A DNA stretch of 64,000 nucleotides from Candidatus Babeliales bacterium (GTDB taxonomy: Bacteria; Babelota; Babeliae; Babelales; JANWKD01): NCBI GenBank assembly GCA_963701665.1, contig OY969622.1, positions 256,001 to 320,000 of the forward strand. The letters are read 5' to 3'. The notes under the pieces are model-generated. The model worked only from the letters and a program-made list of their open reading frames with translations. It was not told the DNA's origin and made no database searches. This document shows positions 1-10,611 of the stretch, piece by piece (position 1 is the first letter of the stretch; every line of letters starts with the position of its first letter). Both the position numbers and the translations under genes were made by a program.

Positions 1-1
1 A

Positions 2-745
2 CAACGTGCTGCTAAAAAACTATTTGAAAAGTCGCAGAGAACTCCGTGGGTTTATTATGGATTGCAACGAGCAAAAATTTTATGTCAGAAAGCATTAGAT
101 CATATCTCATTAGCACAAGGTATCAATGAATATAATGATATGCATACGCACATACAAAATGAGCTTGCCGTTATACAGAAACGTTTGAATACATGGTATG
201 GGCAAAAGAAAGCTGTGTATGATTTCTTTAATCTCGATATACCACTGGATATTTGCAAAGATGTCTTGATAGGTTTAATCAATGATGCTGAAACATTAGA
301 TGATCAAACTCGGAACACTGTATTTATTTGTGTCAATCTATTAGCAATAAGATATATCTCGGATGGTCGTTATTTTGATGCCCTTGCTCTTATTAACAAT
401 GCTTTAGAAAAATCCTACGCGCAATCAACTGATGCTTTTGAAAAATGCATAAAGCTGAAAAGCTCTATAGAAGATCAAATTAGCAGATTTCAAAGACTAT
501 TTAATGGTTCATCTGATGAAAATTTTGATATGTCAGATAAGTTTCTATCGGAAATGTTTGCTGATATCATTTCAATATATACACGATTTGAGCGTAATAA
601 AAAATTTGATAAAATGTATGATTTAGCAAAAAAGTGTTTAACTTTTGATAGATGGCCTCAATCCGTTCGTGAACATAAGCTCTTTACAACAATGCAAAGC
701 TTCAGTGCCACATACGAAATGAAAAAAGCCCAAGGGCGTATATAA
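2..745 (+). CDS. Hypothetical alpha-helical (TPR-like) protein, 5'-truncated by window edge
   Basis: Frame is open from position 2 (QRAAKKLFEK...) into the 62..745 ORF; helical segments such as YISDGRYFDALALINNAL; no diagnostic motif. Confidence 0.6.
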   Translation, partial: QRAAKKLFEKSQRTPWVYYGLQRAKILCQKALDHISLAQGINEYNDMHTHIQNELAVIQKRLNTWYGQKKAVYDFFNLDIPLDICKDVLIGLINDAETLDDQTRNTVFICVNLLAIRYISDGRYFDALALINNALEKSYAQSTDAFEKCIKLKSSIEDQISRFQRLFNGSSDENFDMSDKFLSEMFADIISIYTRFERNKKFDKMYDLAKKCLTFDRWPQSVREHKLFTTMQSFSATYEMKKAQGRI

Positions 746-762
746 ACCTGCTAAATACAATC

Positions 763-1362
763 TTAAGAACTGCTTTCTTTCTTTAACAAGGTAATACCCT
801 TTTTCATCGTGGTACATTCTTGATCATAACCCCAACGGAAGAACCATGCAAAAGAAGATGCCCATGTATCACAATTTTTACATTTAATACCAGGAATAAC
901 CTTTTTAGAATTAGCACTGTAACGTGCTTCTAAAATTTCAAAAGGTGTATAGGCAGATGTTTTAGCTTTCTCATTTGGGTGTGCATTAAATTTTTGGAAT
1001 GCTTCTAAGATATTGGGATCAATTCGTTCATATTCTATGTAATCAGTAAACATTTGCTGAACAACATCAGGATATTTTTGTGCTATTTCATTTAATTTCA
1101 GGCTTAACGTATCATCTTTTTCAGGTGAATATGCATCCCACCACATAAGGTTAAACCATACATAAGGATTTATTTTCATGGCACCAACTATGGTTTCTGC
1201 ATTTATGTTCTGATAGAGAGCCTGTATCTCTGAACAGTTGCGATAAGCTTTAGCTTTATGACTTGAGAATAAAAATTGTTCAAGATCAGTTTTACAAGAA
1301 GATGATGCATGAAAACTAAAAATCGTAAGCAAGGCAGCACTAGCTATAATGCGTGATTTCAT
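763..1362 (-). CDS. Secreted hypothetical protein, groEL-downstream paralogue family
   Basis: ATG at 1362 preceded by AAGGA; signal peptide MKSRIIASAALLTIFSFHASS; C-terminal C..W..DQEC motif shared with 1858..2433 and 2507..3136. Confidence 0.75.
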   Translation of the reverse strand: MKSRIIASAALLTIFSFHASSSCKTDLEQFLFSSHKAKAYRNCSEIQALYQNINAETIVGAMKINPYVWFNLMWWDAYSPEKDDTLSLKLNEIAQKYPDVVQQMFTDYIEYERIDPNILEAFQKFNAHPNEKAKTSAYTPFEILEARYSANSKKVIPGIKCKNCDTWASSFAWFFRWGYDQECTTMKKGITLLKKESSS

Positions 1363-1404
1363 AGGTATTTCCTTTATGTAAAACTTTTTGCACATGTGCA
1401 TAAC

Positions 1405-1437
1405 AAAAGAGCTCGCATCATTGCGAGCCCTTTTTTT
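1405..1437. terminator. Intrinsic terminator-like hairpin, copy of the groEL terminator
   Basis: AAAAGAGCTCGCA-TCAT-TGCGAGCCCTTTTTTT. Confidence 0.7.
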
Positions 1438-1474
1438 GATATAAAATTACCATAAATAATTAACACATGCCACA

Positions 1475-1834
1475 CTATTTTAAATGTTGTCCTGGCATAT
1501 TTATTGAATAATAAGAGATTGCTGCTTGGATGAGCCAACGATTTTCTTTATAGATGTAGGCAATTGCTTGGGGAACTATGTCTGAGCGATACGGGAGATC
1601 CATACACACCATACCAAGGTAACACACAGCGCTAGGCGTGAGGCGGCTCAATATTTCTTTTTTATTATCCAATATTACTGACGATGGTAGATGACTCCTC
1701 TCGTCATCTGAAAGTCGAGAAGCTAAAAAGCGAAGAATTTCTTCTTCACTAAATTGTGCAGTTTCTTGTGATGCACTGATGATTGAAGCTGAGCTAATCG
1801 TGAGGAGCAGTAAAAAAAGTTTTTTAAAGTTCAT
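1475..1834 (-). CDS. Secreted hypothetical protein, C-terminally shortened paralogue of 1858..2433
   Basis: ATG 1834 after AAGGA; MNFKKLFLLLL signal peptide; EILRFLA...IAYIYKENRWLIQAA aligns with AILQFLA...LRYVYYKKPELLQQAA. Confidence 0.7.
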   Translation of the reverse strand: MNFKKLFLLLLTISSASIISASQETAQFSEEEILRFLASRLSDDERSHLPSSVILDNKKEILSRLTPSAVCYLGMVCMDLPYRSDIVPQAIAYIYKENRWLIQAAISYYSINMPGQHLK

Positions 1835-1857
1835 AAGATATTCCTTAATTATTGTAT

Positions 1858-2433
1858 CTATTTTTCCAAACATGAAAGGCTTTCTCCAAGCGCTTTACAT
1901 TCACGGCTTTTTCCAAAAATCTTGCTCCATGTGCCGTTACAGTTGTGTGATTTTTCATGTGCTGCCAGTTTGTCTTTTAATGTAACTTCTTGGCCTTCTA
2001 GTTTCTCATCGAATTTCACACCTGCTGCAGAAAATATTTTAATAATCCTGGCATCAACTGCGCCTTGAACAATGTAAAGATCGGCTGCCTGCTGTAGTAA
2101 TTCAGGTTTTTTATAATAAACATAACGTAATGATTGGCATACAAATCGCTGTGTTCTTTCATCCAGACCAAAACCAGTTGCAAGTAAAGCTAAGCCGTAA
2201 ACCTTTTCCGGGTGAACAGCATTTAAAAGTTCTTCTTTGGGTTTGTGGAAAAAAGCTTCACCAGCGAGAAATTGAAGAATAGCATTTTCTCGGTCTAAAA
2301 CTTCTTCTTTAGTCGCTGTATCAAAGACGCGCTTCCATACATTATCGAACTCTTCTAATTTTTGTTTTTGTGCTTCTACTTTTAGGAACAGTAAGCATAC
2401 TAAAAAAGTAAAGGCTATTTTTTGAAAATTCAT
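1858..2433 (-). CDS. Secreted hypothetical protein, groEL-downstream paralogue family
   Basis: Signal peptide MNFQKIAFTFLVCLLFLKVEA; C-terminal CNGTW...REC. Confidence 0.75.
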   Translation of the reverse strand: MNFQKIAFTFLVCLLFLKVEAQKQKLEEFDNVWKRVFDTATKEEVLDRENAILQFLAGEAFFHKPKEELLNAVHPEKVYGLALLATGFGLDERTQRFVCQSLRYVYYKKPELLQQAADLYIVQGAVDARIIKIFSAAGVKFDEKLEGQEVTLKDKLAAHEKSHNCNGTWSKIFGKSRECKALGESLSCLEK

Positions 2434-2459
2434 GAGTTATATCTTTCGTATGTGTTGAG

Positions 2460-2496
2460 AAAAGAAGGCCCTGCTCATACTGCGAGCCTTCTTTTT
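2460..2496. terminator. Degenerate copy of the groEL terminator hairpin
   Basis: AAAAGAAGGC...TACTGCGAGCCTTCTTTTT. Confidence 0.6.
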
Positions 2497-2506
2497 ATTT
2501 TTTTCG

Positions 2507-3136
2507 TTATTTCTTTGGTTGCTGATTCATGCGGTTAAGAGTTCTTCTTATTTTTGAGCATTCTTGATCTGGAAACCAAGGATTTGGATTGCACTTGTGT
2601 AGTAATGAATGAAGATCTTTCATTTTTCTTGCTCCAAAGGCTACTTCTAAAAGTTCTTTTGGGCTATACCCTAGATGATCGTCAGTTACTTTATTCTTTA
2701 GATTGGGATTTGCTTCTGCATCTAAAAGAATCCTTACGATTATTTCATTAAAAAGATCTTCATCCTCATAGAGGTTTGGGTACCTGAGTTTATCAATATT
2801 AATCGCACTATGCAGTAATGTGTTGCCGTATTCATCAGTGAGACTGGCATCTTTTGGATTTCTGTTAATTAAATAACGAAAAGCTTCTACAACTTTGGGT
2901 TTATCTGTTTCATCTACATTGCGTGCCAAAATAGCTAATTTATAGAGAAGCGGGAATCTGTTAAAACCGTACACACGGCGAGAATTTGAATCTTTAACGC
3001 GATCCAAAAACTCATTTAATTCTTGTTCATTGGCAAAATGAGTAAACGTAAACGTAGCATTGTTAGCTTCTACCGCTTTTAGAGAAATAGTTGCTCCTGT
3101 AACTAACAGTGCCAAAAACATTTTTTTGAAATGCAT
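2507..3136 (-). CDS. Secreted ankyrin-repeat protein
   Basis: Signal peptide; DEYGNTLLHSA and IVRILLDAEANPNLKN...GYSPKELL are ankyrin-like. Confidence 0.75.
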   Translation of the reverse strand: MHFKKMFLALLVTGATISLKAVEANNATFTFTHFANEQELNEFLDRVKDSNSRRVYGFNRFPLLYKLAILARNVDETDKPKVVEAFRYLINRNPKDASLTDEYGNTLLHSAINIDKLRYPNLYEDEDLFNEIIVRILLDAEANPNLKNKVTDDHLGYSPKELLEVAFGARKMKDLHSLLHKCNPNPWFPDQECSKIRRTLNRMNQQPKK

Positions 3137-3165
3137 AGTAAATCCTTTATGGTAAAGTGTATTTC

Positions 3166-3207
3166 AAAAAGAAGGCTCGCAAATTACTGCGAGCCCTTCT
3201 TTTTTTT
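3166..3207. terminator. groEL intrinsic terminator
   Basis: AAAAAGAAGGCTCGCA-AATTAC-TGCGAGCCCTTCTTTTTTTT, about 20 nt after the groEL stop. Confidence 0.8.
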
Positions 3208-3226
3208 GTACGCGGAAAATTAAAAA

Positions 3227-4910
<1,684 letters not shown>

Positions 4911-4914
4911 TTAC

Positions 4915-5205
4915 TTATTTAACAATGCCTAAAATTTCAGGTTCCCCAATAATGAGATAGTCGCTTCCTAGCTCAGTGCCCGCATATTTGCCGAAGAAAA
5001 TGATATCGCCAGCTTTGACTGCGAGAGGGATTGTTTTTCCTTCGGGAGTAGTGCGCCCAGGCCCAACTGCAAGAACGGTGGCCTTTTGCCCTTTTTCTTT
5101 AGCGGCATCAGGGATGAATAAGCCGCCGGGGGTCATAGCTTCGGTTTCAAGACGTTTTACGAGAACTCTGTCATTGAGCGGTTGCATCTTATCAAATTCT
5201 GACAT
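4915..5205 (-). CDS. groES: Co-chaperonin GroES
   Basis: [10 protein letters not shown]...[14 protein letters not shown]...VLAVGPG...GKYAGTE; AGGAGG RBS; upstream of groEL. Confidence 0.97.
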   Translation of the reverse strand: MSEFDKMQPLNDRVLVKRLETEAMTPGGLFIPDAAKEKGQKATVLAVGPGRTTPEGKTIPLAVKAGDIIFFGKYAGTELGSDYLIIGEPEILGIVK

Positions 5206-5324
5206 GTGCTCCTCCTATCTTTAAAAAAAGGAAAAAAATTGTACGAAAAATTTTACTAAAAAATAATGTGTTTTTACCCATAAAAAATAGTATACAATAA
5301 AAAAGAACTAATTCAATGCCTACA

Positions 5325-5377
5325 GTATGAGACTCAGATTTTTTATCTGCGATATGTAGGGAATTTGAGTCTCATAC
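5325..5377. repeat. 16-bp inverted repeat with 21-nt spacer upstream of groES
   Basis: GTATGAGACTCAGATT (5325-5340) and AATTTGAGTCTCATAC (5362-5377), 15/16 complementary. Confidence 0.75.
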
Positions 5378-5381
5378 GCCT

Positions 5382-5460
5382 ATGCTCCACAGGGGTAGCA
5401 ATGACATATTGGCGCATATTCGTCATTCCGAGCGTTAGCGTGGGAATCTAATAATAAAAT
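5382..5460. repeat. Palindromic-element arms left of the GIY-YIG gene (79-bp direct repeat, copy 1)
   Basis: Contains ...GCAATGAC, spacer ATATTGGCGCATATT and arm CGTCATTCCGAGCGTTAGCGTGGGAATCTA; collinear with 5809-5887. Confidence 0.85.
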
Positions 5461-5467
5461 ATAATCC

Positions 5468-5761
5468 TTATAGTTTACAAATTTGTTCATATAAATCTTC
5501 CCAATAAGGATTATTAGACATAATAAGTGATATTTTTTTTGTTCTTGAACTATCTTTAATCTGTTTTTCTCGAATAATTGCATTTGGCATATCGCTATAT
5601 AGTTCATAATAAATTAATAGTTTGCAAGCATAACGGCTTGTGAACCCTTGAACTAAATTATTTTTATGTTGAAATACTCTTTGTATCAGATTAGAAATTA
5701 CGCCTATATACAGGGTTCCATTACGTTTATTTGTCATAACATAAACAGCTGGCTGTTTCAT
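5468..5761 (-). CDS. Stand-alone GIY-YIG nuclease family protein
   Basis: AVYVM...TLYIG, R of LIQRVFQHK, E of AIIREKQIK, C-terminal NPYWEDLY; intact 97 aa. Confidence 0.93.
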   Translation of the reverse strand: MKQPAVYVMTNKRNGTLYIGVISNLIQRVFQHKNNLVQGFTSRYACKLLIYYELYSDMPNAIIREKQIKDSSRTKKISLIMSNNPYWEDLYEQICKL

Positions 5762-5793
5762 TGTAGTTTTTTTAATATGAATTTACTAAATTT

Positions 5794-5887
5794 TGGATTA
5801 CCACGCTCATGCTCCGCATGGCTCGTAATGACACATTGGCGCATATTCGTCACTCCGAGTGTTAGTATGGGAATCCAATAATAAAAT
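5794..5887. repeat. Palindromic-element arms right of the GIY-YIG gene (includes direct repeat copy 2)
   Basis: TGGATTACCACG...CTCGTAATGAC (5794-5832), spacer, CGTCACTCCGAGTGTTAGTATGGGAATCCA (5848-5877). Confidence 0.85.
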
Positions 5888-5892
5888 TTTCA

Positions 5893-6348
5893 TTAGTCTT
5901 TGCAACAAAAATCTTTGTCATTCTTTGGCGATTGGCAGCAGCCGGCATTTTTTTCTGCCTCTTCTGCTGCTCTTTTAATAGCAGCTTTAAGCTTTTCAGG
6001 GGTAGGTTGATACAAATCCAAAATGTTATTGCCCGGATCTCTAAAGCTTAAAATAATGCCATGGACTGCCTCAACAGGTTCACTCAAAAACTCAATGCCA
6101 GAATCTTTGTGGGCGAGATAAAATTCTTCTACATCAGGAACCTCTAATACAATCCCTGTGCGTCGTTCTGGTAACTCCTGACTTGTTTGTGCCAGGCCCA
6201 TTTTGACGCCGTTAATATCAAATTCTGCCCATCGATTACTACTATGAAAATTGAGCCTGAGCCCTAAACTTTGGTAAAATGCCACTGCCCTGGCAATGTC
6301 ATTTTCCATTAATATGAACATATTGACTGAAATTGGTTGATGAGTCAT
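5893..6348 (-). CDS. VOC/glyoxalase family protein
   Basis: DIARAVAFYQSLGL, IVLEVPDVEEFY, FRDPGNNILDL. Confidence 0.85.
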   Translation of the reverse strand: MTHQPISVNMFILMENDIARAVAFYQSLGLRLNFHSSNRWAEFDINGVKMGLAQTSQELPERRTGIVLEVPDVEEFYLAHKDSGIEFLSEPVEAVHGIILSFRDPGNNILDLYQPTPEKLKAAIKRAAEEAEKNAGCCQSPKNDKDFCCKD

Positions 6349-6477
6349 GACAGCACTTTCGCTAGACGTCTATGAGAAGTATACTGTTTCTTAGTCTAAC
6401 AAAATTTTCTTATAATGTTTATGAAAGCGTCGTTTTATAATTAAAAAACGCTCTTTGTTAAATAATTAAAAAAAGAG

Positions 6478-7143
6478 ATGAGCATGAAAACGATAAAAAT
6501 ATTCCCTTCTTTAGTTGCGGCAGATCCTTTACACCTTGCACAAGTTATCAGTACGTTGGAGCCGTATTGTGATGGATTTCACCTTGATATAATGGATAAT
6601 CATTTTGTGCCGAATCTGACCTGGGGCCCCCTGGTAGTGAACGCCATTAGTGCTTATACCAAAAAAACGCTCTTCGTTCATATAATGGCTGATCAACCTG
6701 AAAAAATTATTAAAAAGTTGATGTTGCGTCCTAATGATATCGTCGCTTTTCACTCAGAATCAAAAAATGATTTTTTTTTAATAAATAATATCATAAAAGA
6801 AAAAAAAGCGATGAGCTCGCTTGCCATTAGCCCCAAAATTGAGCTAGAAGAAATTTTTCCCTATCTTAAAGATGTCAACCAAGTTTTACTTATGTCTGTG
6901 CAACCTGGCTTCTCTGGACAACTCTTTTTGAAAGATTCGATTGAGAGGCTCAAAGCGTTGGTTGCCTATAAACGAGAAAAGGAACTTACTTTTTTAATTG
7001 GCATGGATGGAGGCATTAATGAAGACAACATCCATGAACTTGCCAAAGAAGGATGTACCATCTTTGCAATTGCATCCGCGATATTTTCCAAAGCAGACGC
7101 GCGTAGTGCGCTTAAGAATTTATATGCGCGCGCGCAGCATTGA
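6478..7143 (+). CDS. rpe: Ribulose-phosphate 3-epimerase
   Basis: FHLDIMDNHFVPNLTWG, LLMSVQPGFSGQ, MDGGIN. Confidence 0.95.
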   Translation: MSMKTIKIFPSLVAADPLHLAQVISTLEPYCDGFHLDIMDNHFVPNLTWGPLVVNAISAYTKKTLFVHIMADQPEKIIKKLMLRPNDIVAFHSESKNDFFLINNIIKEKKAMSSLAISPKIELEEIFPYLKDVNQVLLMSVQPGFSGQLFLKDSIERLKALVAYKREKELTFLIGMDGGINEDNIHELAKEGCTIFAIASAIFSKADARSALKNLYARAQH

Positions 7144-7209
7144 AGCTCATCCGAAAATATTCAATATTAGGGAAGTGGCGCCTAGGAAAATGCATATTGA
7201 AAACAAAGT

Positions 7210-7310
7210 TGTCATTGCGAGCGAATGCGTGGCAATCCAATTATAAAATTAGTTCCTTTAAGGAATTAATTTTATAATTGGATTGCCACGGCTAAAGCCT
7301 CGGGATGACA
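7210..7310. repeat. TGTC-tagged palindromic doublet element (REP/RPE-like)
   Basis: TGTCATTGCGAG..CGTGGCAATCCA-ATTATAAAATTAGTTCCTTTAAGGAATTAATTTTATAAT-TGGATTGCCACG..CTCGGGATGACA. Confidence 0.9.
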
Positions 7311-7337
7311 TTCTTGTATTATTGTAAATTCCTTAGC

Positions 7338-8804
7338 TTATTCGTGTGCACCGTAATCAACAAGAAGTTTTTTTAGTTTTTCTGATGAAGCATATGAAAG
7401 CGAGGTGAAGCCATCGTAGTTGCGCGTGTTAACAAAAAGATCCATTGTGTGAGAATATTTACCAAATCGTTCAGCAATAACTTCTAAAATTAATTTAGTA
7501 ACTTCATAAAATTCGTCTTTGTCTGAACTAAAAAATACTGTGGCAAGCAGCGGTGTGAGCCCTTTTGTATACACAGTGGTATTCATAATCATATAAAAAA
7601 GGTATTTGTTTTTTGAATATTGTTTAATTTTTTCAATGAGAAGTTTTGCTATGTCAAAATTTCTTCTCAAAATGGCAATTATAAGTGGGCTTTGGCCTTC
7701 AGTGGAAACACTGCTGAGTGAATCGTAGATGAATTGTGTTTTATTATGAAGAAATTTTTCAATCGAATACAAAATAAAAGCAACATATTCATAACGGCCT
7801 TGTCCAACAGCATGCATAAGCATATCCCAGCCACTTTCATCTTTTGCGGTAATAAATTCAAAAAAAGTATCGGGTTTATCTTTATATTTTTCTTGCGCTT
7901 GGAACATAATTTTTTGCATTTTGCCAAAAGCGCTATCGTGCATGACTTCAACAAATTGTTGCGATAAAGCATGAGCTTGCGCGATTTCTGGATCAAGTTG
8001 TTGTAGTATTGTTGCACCGTGATCAATAAGAAATTTTCGTACATCTGATGTGAGTGCATAGGTGAGTGCTGTTCCATTGTCTTCATTCTGTGCATTGATG
8101 AACTCATCATACAATGTAGAATGTTTCCCTAAGACTTTTTCGGCTGTTTGGACTACCAATTTAAGAGGGCGTAATGCACCGTCATAGGTAAGCCAGTGAA
8201 GTGAAGTCCATTTATCATTGTATACGGTTGCATTCAAAAATTTTAGAAATAAATCTTTATCATCAAGAAGCGCAGGAACGCGATCCATAAATGCTTTAAT
8301 CGTTTTATAATCGCCATTCTGCGTTGAAAAATAAAGCGCAGAATTACCAAGTGGATCTCGTGCATCAAGAAAATTGAAGATCTGTTGTTTATCTTCTTTT
8401 GTTTTTTTATTGCCGTAATATTGAGCAACTTCATCAAGCAGCGTAATAACTTGACGATAATCAAACAGTGCTGATGCAATCATCAAGGTGGTCATACCTT
8501 CATCATTTTTTTGCGTTATAAACGAGTAATAGCCGCGTTTATTATTTTTGTTTCTTACTCGTTCATCACTCAAAATGGTATTAAACAGTTTCTGCTCTTT
8601 GAGGTTTTGTGCTACAAAAATAATTTTGTCTTGACCTATATCTGTTTTAACCGGCGTTGAATCTTTGAAATTTTGCGTTTTGGCACTAACATTTTTATCC
8701 TGCGGCGAGCAACAAGAGACGTCTTTTATTGGTTGAGAAAAAATTGGCATAAAAAAAATAATGAGCGAGTAAGCAAGCGTGCTTCTCAATTTTAATTTCA
8801 TCAT
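7338..8804 (-). CDS. Secreted ankyrin-repeat protein made of two duplicated halves
   Basis: Signal peptide; repeats such as KNDEGMTTLMIA, RDPLGNSALYF, STEGQSPLIIA; both halves end K.L.D.GA. Confidence 0.85.
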   Translation of the reverse strand: MMKLKLRSTLAYSLIIFFMPIFSQPIKDVSCCSPQDKNVSAKTQNFKDSTPVKTDIGQDKIIFVAQNLKEQKLFNTILSDERVRNKNNKRGYYSFITQKNDEGMTTLMIASALFDYRQVITLLDEVAQYYGNKKTKEDKQQIFNFLDARDPLGNSALYFSTQNGDYKTIKAFMDRVPALLDDKDLFLKFLNATVYNDKWTSLHWLTYDGALRPLKLVVQTAEKVLGKHSTLYDEFINAQNEDNGTALTYALTSDVRKFLIDHGATILQQLDPEIAQAHALSQQFVEVMHDSAFGKMQKIMFQAQEKYKDKPDTFFEFITAKDESGWDMLMHAVGQGRYEYVAFILYSIEKFLHNKTQFIYDSLSSVSTEGQSPLIIAILRRNFDIAKLLIEKIKQYSKNKYLFYMIMNTTVYTKGLTPLLATVFFSSDKDEFYEVTKLILEVIAERFGKYSHTMDLFVNTRNYDGFTSLSYASSEKLKKLLVDYGAHE

Positions 8805-8971
8805 AGATATTTCCTTATCAAAAATAACACATGATTTTTTTTCATCATGTTGAAAAAACTATACCATGTGCACTTTGCGATTTTCAATCATTGCTAGATG
8901 GTTAAAACGAATTAATCGTTTTTGTCATCACTTTAAAAATTAGTTAAGCTGAACACGCTTAGGGTAATACT

Positions 8972-10582
8972 ATGAAAAATAATGAGAAAAAAAGTATGAA
9001 AAGAAGAGTTGTATCTATTGCCATGTTGCTTGGTATCTTTTTACCAATCGCTCGGTTGGAAGCTTTGTCAGATGATTACGATGGTATGTTTGACGATCTT
9101 GATCTCTATGCTGCAATGCTTGAGGAAACTGCTGGTACGCGTGGGGCTGCTTGTATCGATGCGCAGGGTGTGCTTGATTTGATTGCCGACCCAGCTGGCA
9201 TCGATGCGCCAGGAAAGTTACAACAAAATTTATATTTGCATACTTACAATGTTAATCAACGTTCATTGCTTGATATGCCTCAATTTTTGATTCGTGAGTA
9301 TTGTTTGCCCCAATGCTGGCAAATTAATGCCTGGTTTTTTTATAATGAAACTACACGAGCAAATTTTACCGCTGAAGGCAAAAATATCACCGCATATTGG
9401 GACATTGAAAATGCTAATTTTATTCAAAATCTTGATCAAATTGATTTTGGTATCGATATTCCAACCGCGATCGAACTTTTTAGCTTTTTAAAAATGCAGG
9501 AGCGACGAGTGGGATTTATGTTTGATGTTGCTCATGCAAAAGGACGTTTTAATATCGAATTTAAAATACCGTTTTATTATTTAGAGCGGAATTTTTTTGT
9601 AACCCCGGAAGAACAAGAAATGATTGCTCAATTTTTTGGGTCCGGTGGATCAGCCGAGAATAAAAATTTCATTAGCGATCGTGTTGGCTTTGGTGATACT
9701 CGATTGACGATAGGTTTTTTTGCTGTTGAAGATGATAGATTACAGCTCAATGTCGGTGTCGAGGCAACAATCCCAACACAAGTTGCATTCAAGAAAGGAT
9801 TACTTGGTAGCGATTTCAAAAAAAATTCAAACCATCCTATTTTTAATATTTTAGAATTGTTCCAATTAGTCTTTTGTGATACGCCTGATTTAGCAGCGGT
9901 GCAAGAAATGTCTTTGAATTTTTTGATTTCGGCATTTGATAAATTATCGGCGAATTTATTACAGACCTCGTTAGGAAACAATGGCCATCTCGGGCTTATG
10001 GTTTTTGCTGAAAAATTTATGCAGTTGAATCATCGCTTTAGCATGACAACACGTACAGCGCTTGAATATTTATGTCCGGCGCTTGATACACGGTTTTATA
10101 TTACAAAAAAGTTTAGTCAAGAATTTAATGCCAAAGAGCCGTATACAACCGCCGAAGGTGCCGATCCAGCGCAAGCACCAGCCAAATTAGCATTTCTGAA
10201 TTTTCAATTAATTAATACGCTTATTCCAAAAGTGTATCGCACCATGATTTATCCAGGATTTATCTTTAAGTTTACGACGTGCGTTGATGCCATTGTTGAT
10301 AGACATGAACGGTGGCAGGTGGGTGTAGGCTTTGATCTATGGTGGCAGGATAAGGAACGTTTAGGCAAAATTTATGCAACACCTTGGCAAATTTCAGAAA
10401 TACGCACCGATATTGCCGTGAAGCCTGGCGCATATCAAAATAAACTTTTTGTCTCATCTAATTATAAAGGAAGGGGAGAGAGGTGTGATTGGTGTTTAAC
10501 ACTTTATGGCGATTATAGTTTTATCAGTACTGGTATTGGTAATGACTTTAATCTGGCAGTGCGTTTTGCCACGGAGATATAA
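8972..10582 (+). CDS. Exported hypothetical protein, possible outer-membrane beta-barrel
   Basis: Signal peptide; alternating beta-strand patterns, GFGDTRLTIG, WQVGVGFDLWWQ, C-terminal DFNLAVRF. Confidence 0.6.
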   Translation: MKNNEKKSMKRRVVSIAMLLGIFLPIARLEALSDDYDGMFDDLDLYAAMLEETAGTRGAACIDAQGVLDLIADPAGIDAPGKLQQNLYLHTYNVNQRSLLDMPQFLIREYCLPQCWQINAWFFYNETTRANFTAEGKNITAYWDIENANFIQNLDQIDFGIDIPTAIELFSFLKMQERRVGFMFDVAHAKGRFNIEFKIPFYYLERNFFVTPEEQEMIAQFFGSGGSAENKNFISDRVGFGDTRLTIGFFAVEDDRLQLNVGVEATIPTQVAFKKGLLGSDFKKNSNHPIFNILELFQLVFCDTPDLAAVQEMSLNFLISAFDKLSANLLQTSLGNNGHLGLMVFAEKFMQLNHRFSMTTRTALEYLCPALDTRFYITKKFSQEFNAKEPYTTAEGADPAQAPAKLAFLNFQLINTLIPKVYRTMIYPGFIFKFTTCVDAIVDRHERWQVGVGFDLWWQDKERLGKIYATPWQISEIRTDIAVKPGAYQNKLFVSSNYKGRGERCDWCLTLYGDYSFISTGIGNDFNLAVRFATEI

Positions 10583-10611
10583 CATATGTACTTTTAAAGG
10601 GGAGAAGTAGT

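Noticed and set aside
5206..5380. CIRCE element upstream of groES
   Set aside because: No TTAGCACTC-N9-GAGTGCTAA match on either strand.
5382..5887. CRISPR array or integron cassette
   Set aside because: Only two 79-bp units around a gene, no cas or integrase gene, and no GTTRRRY/RYYYAAC attC ends.
5893..5950. Cys pairs at the VOC protein C-terminus (GCCQ..FCCKD) as a prenylation signal
   Set aside because: No export signal; metal binding is a simpler explanation.
6998..7246. 82-aa ORF and similar ORFs at 5380..5607 and 5666..5881
   Set aside because: They overlap real genes and run into palindromic repeats; no RBS or recognisable motif.
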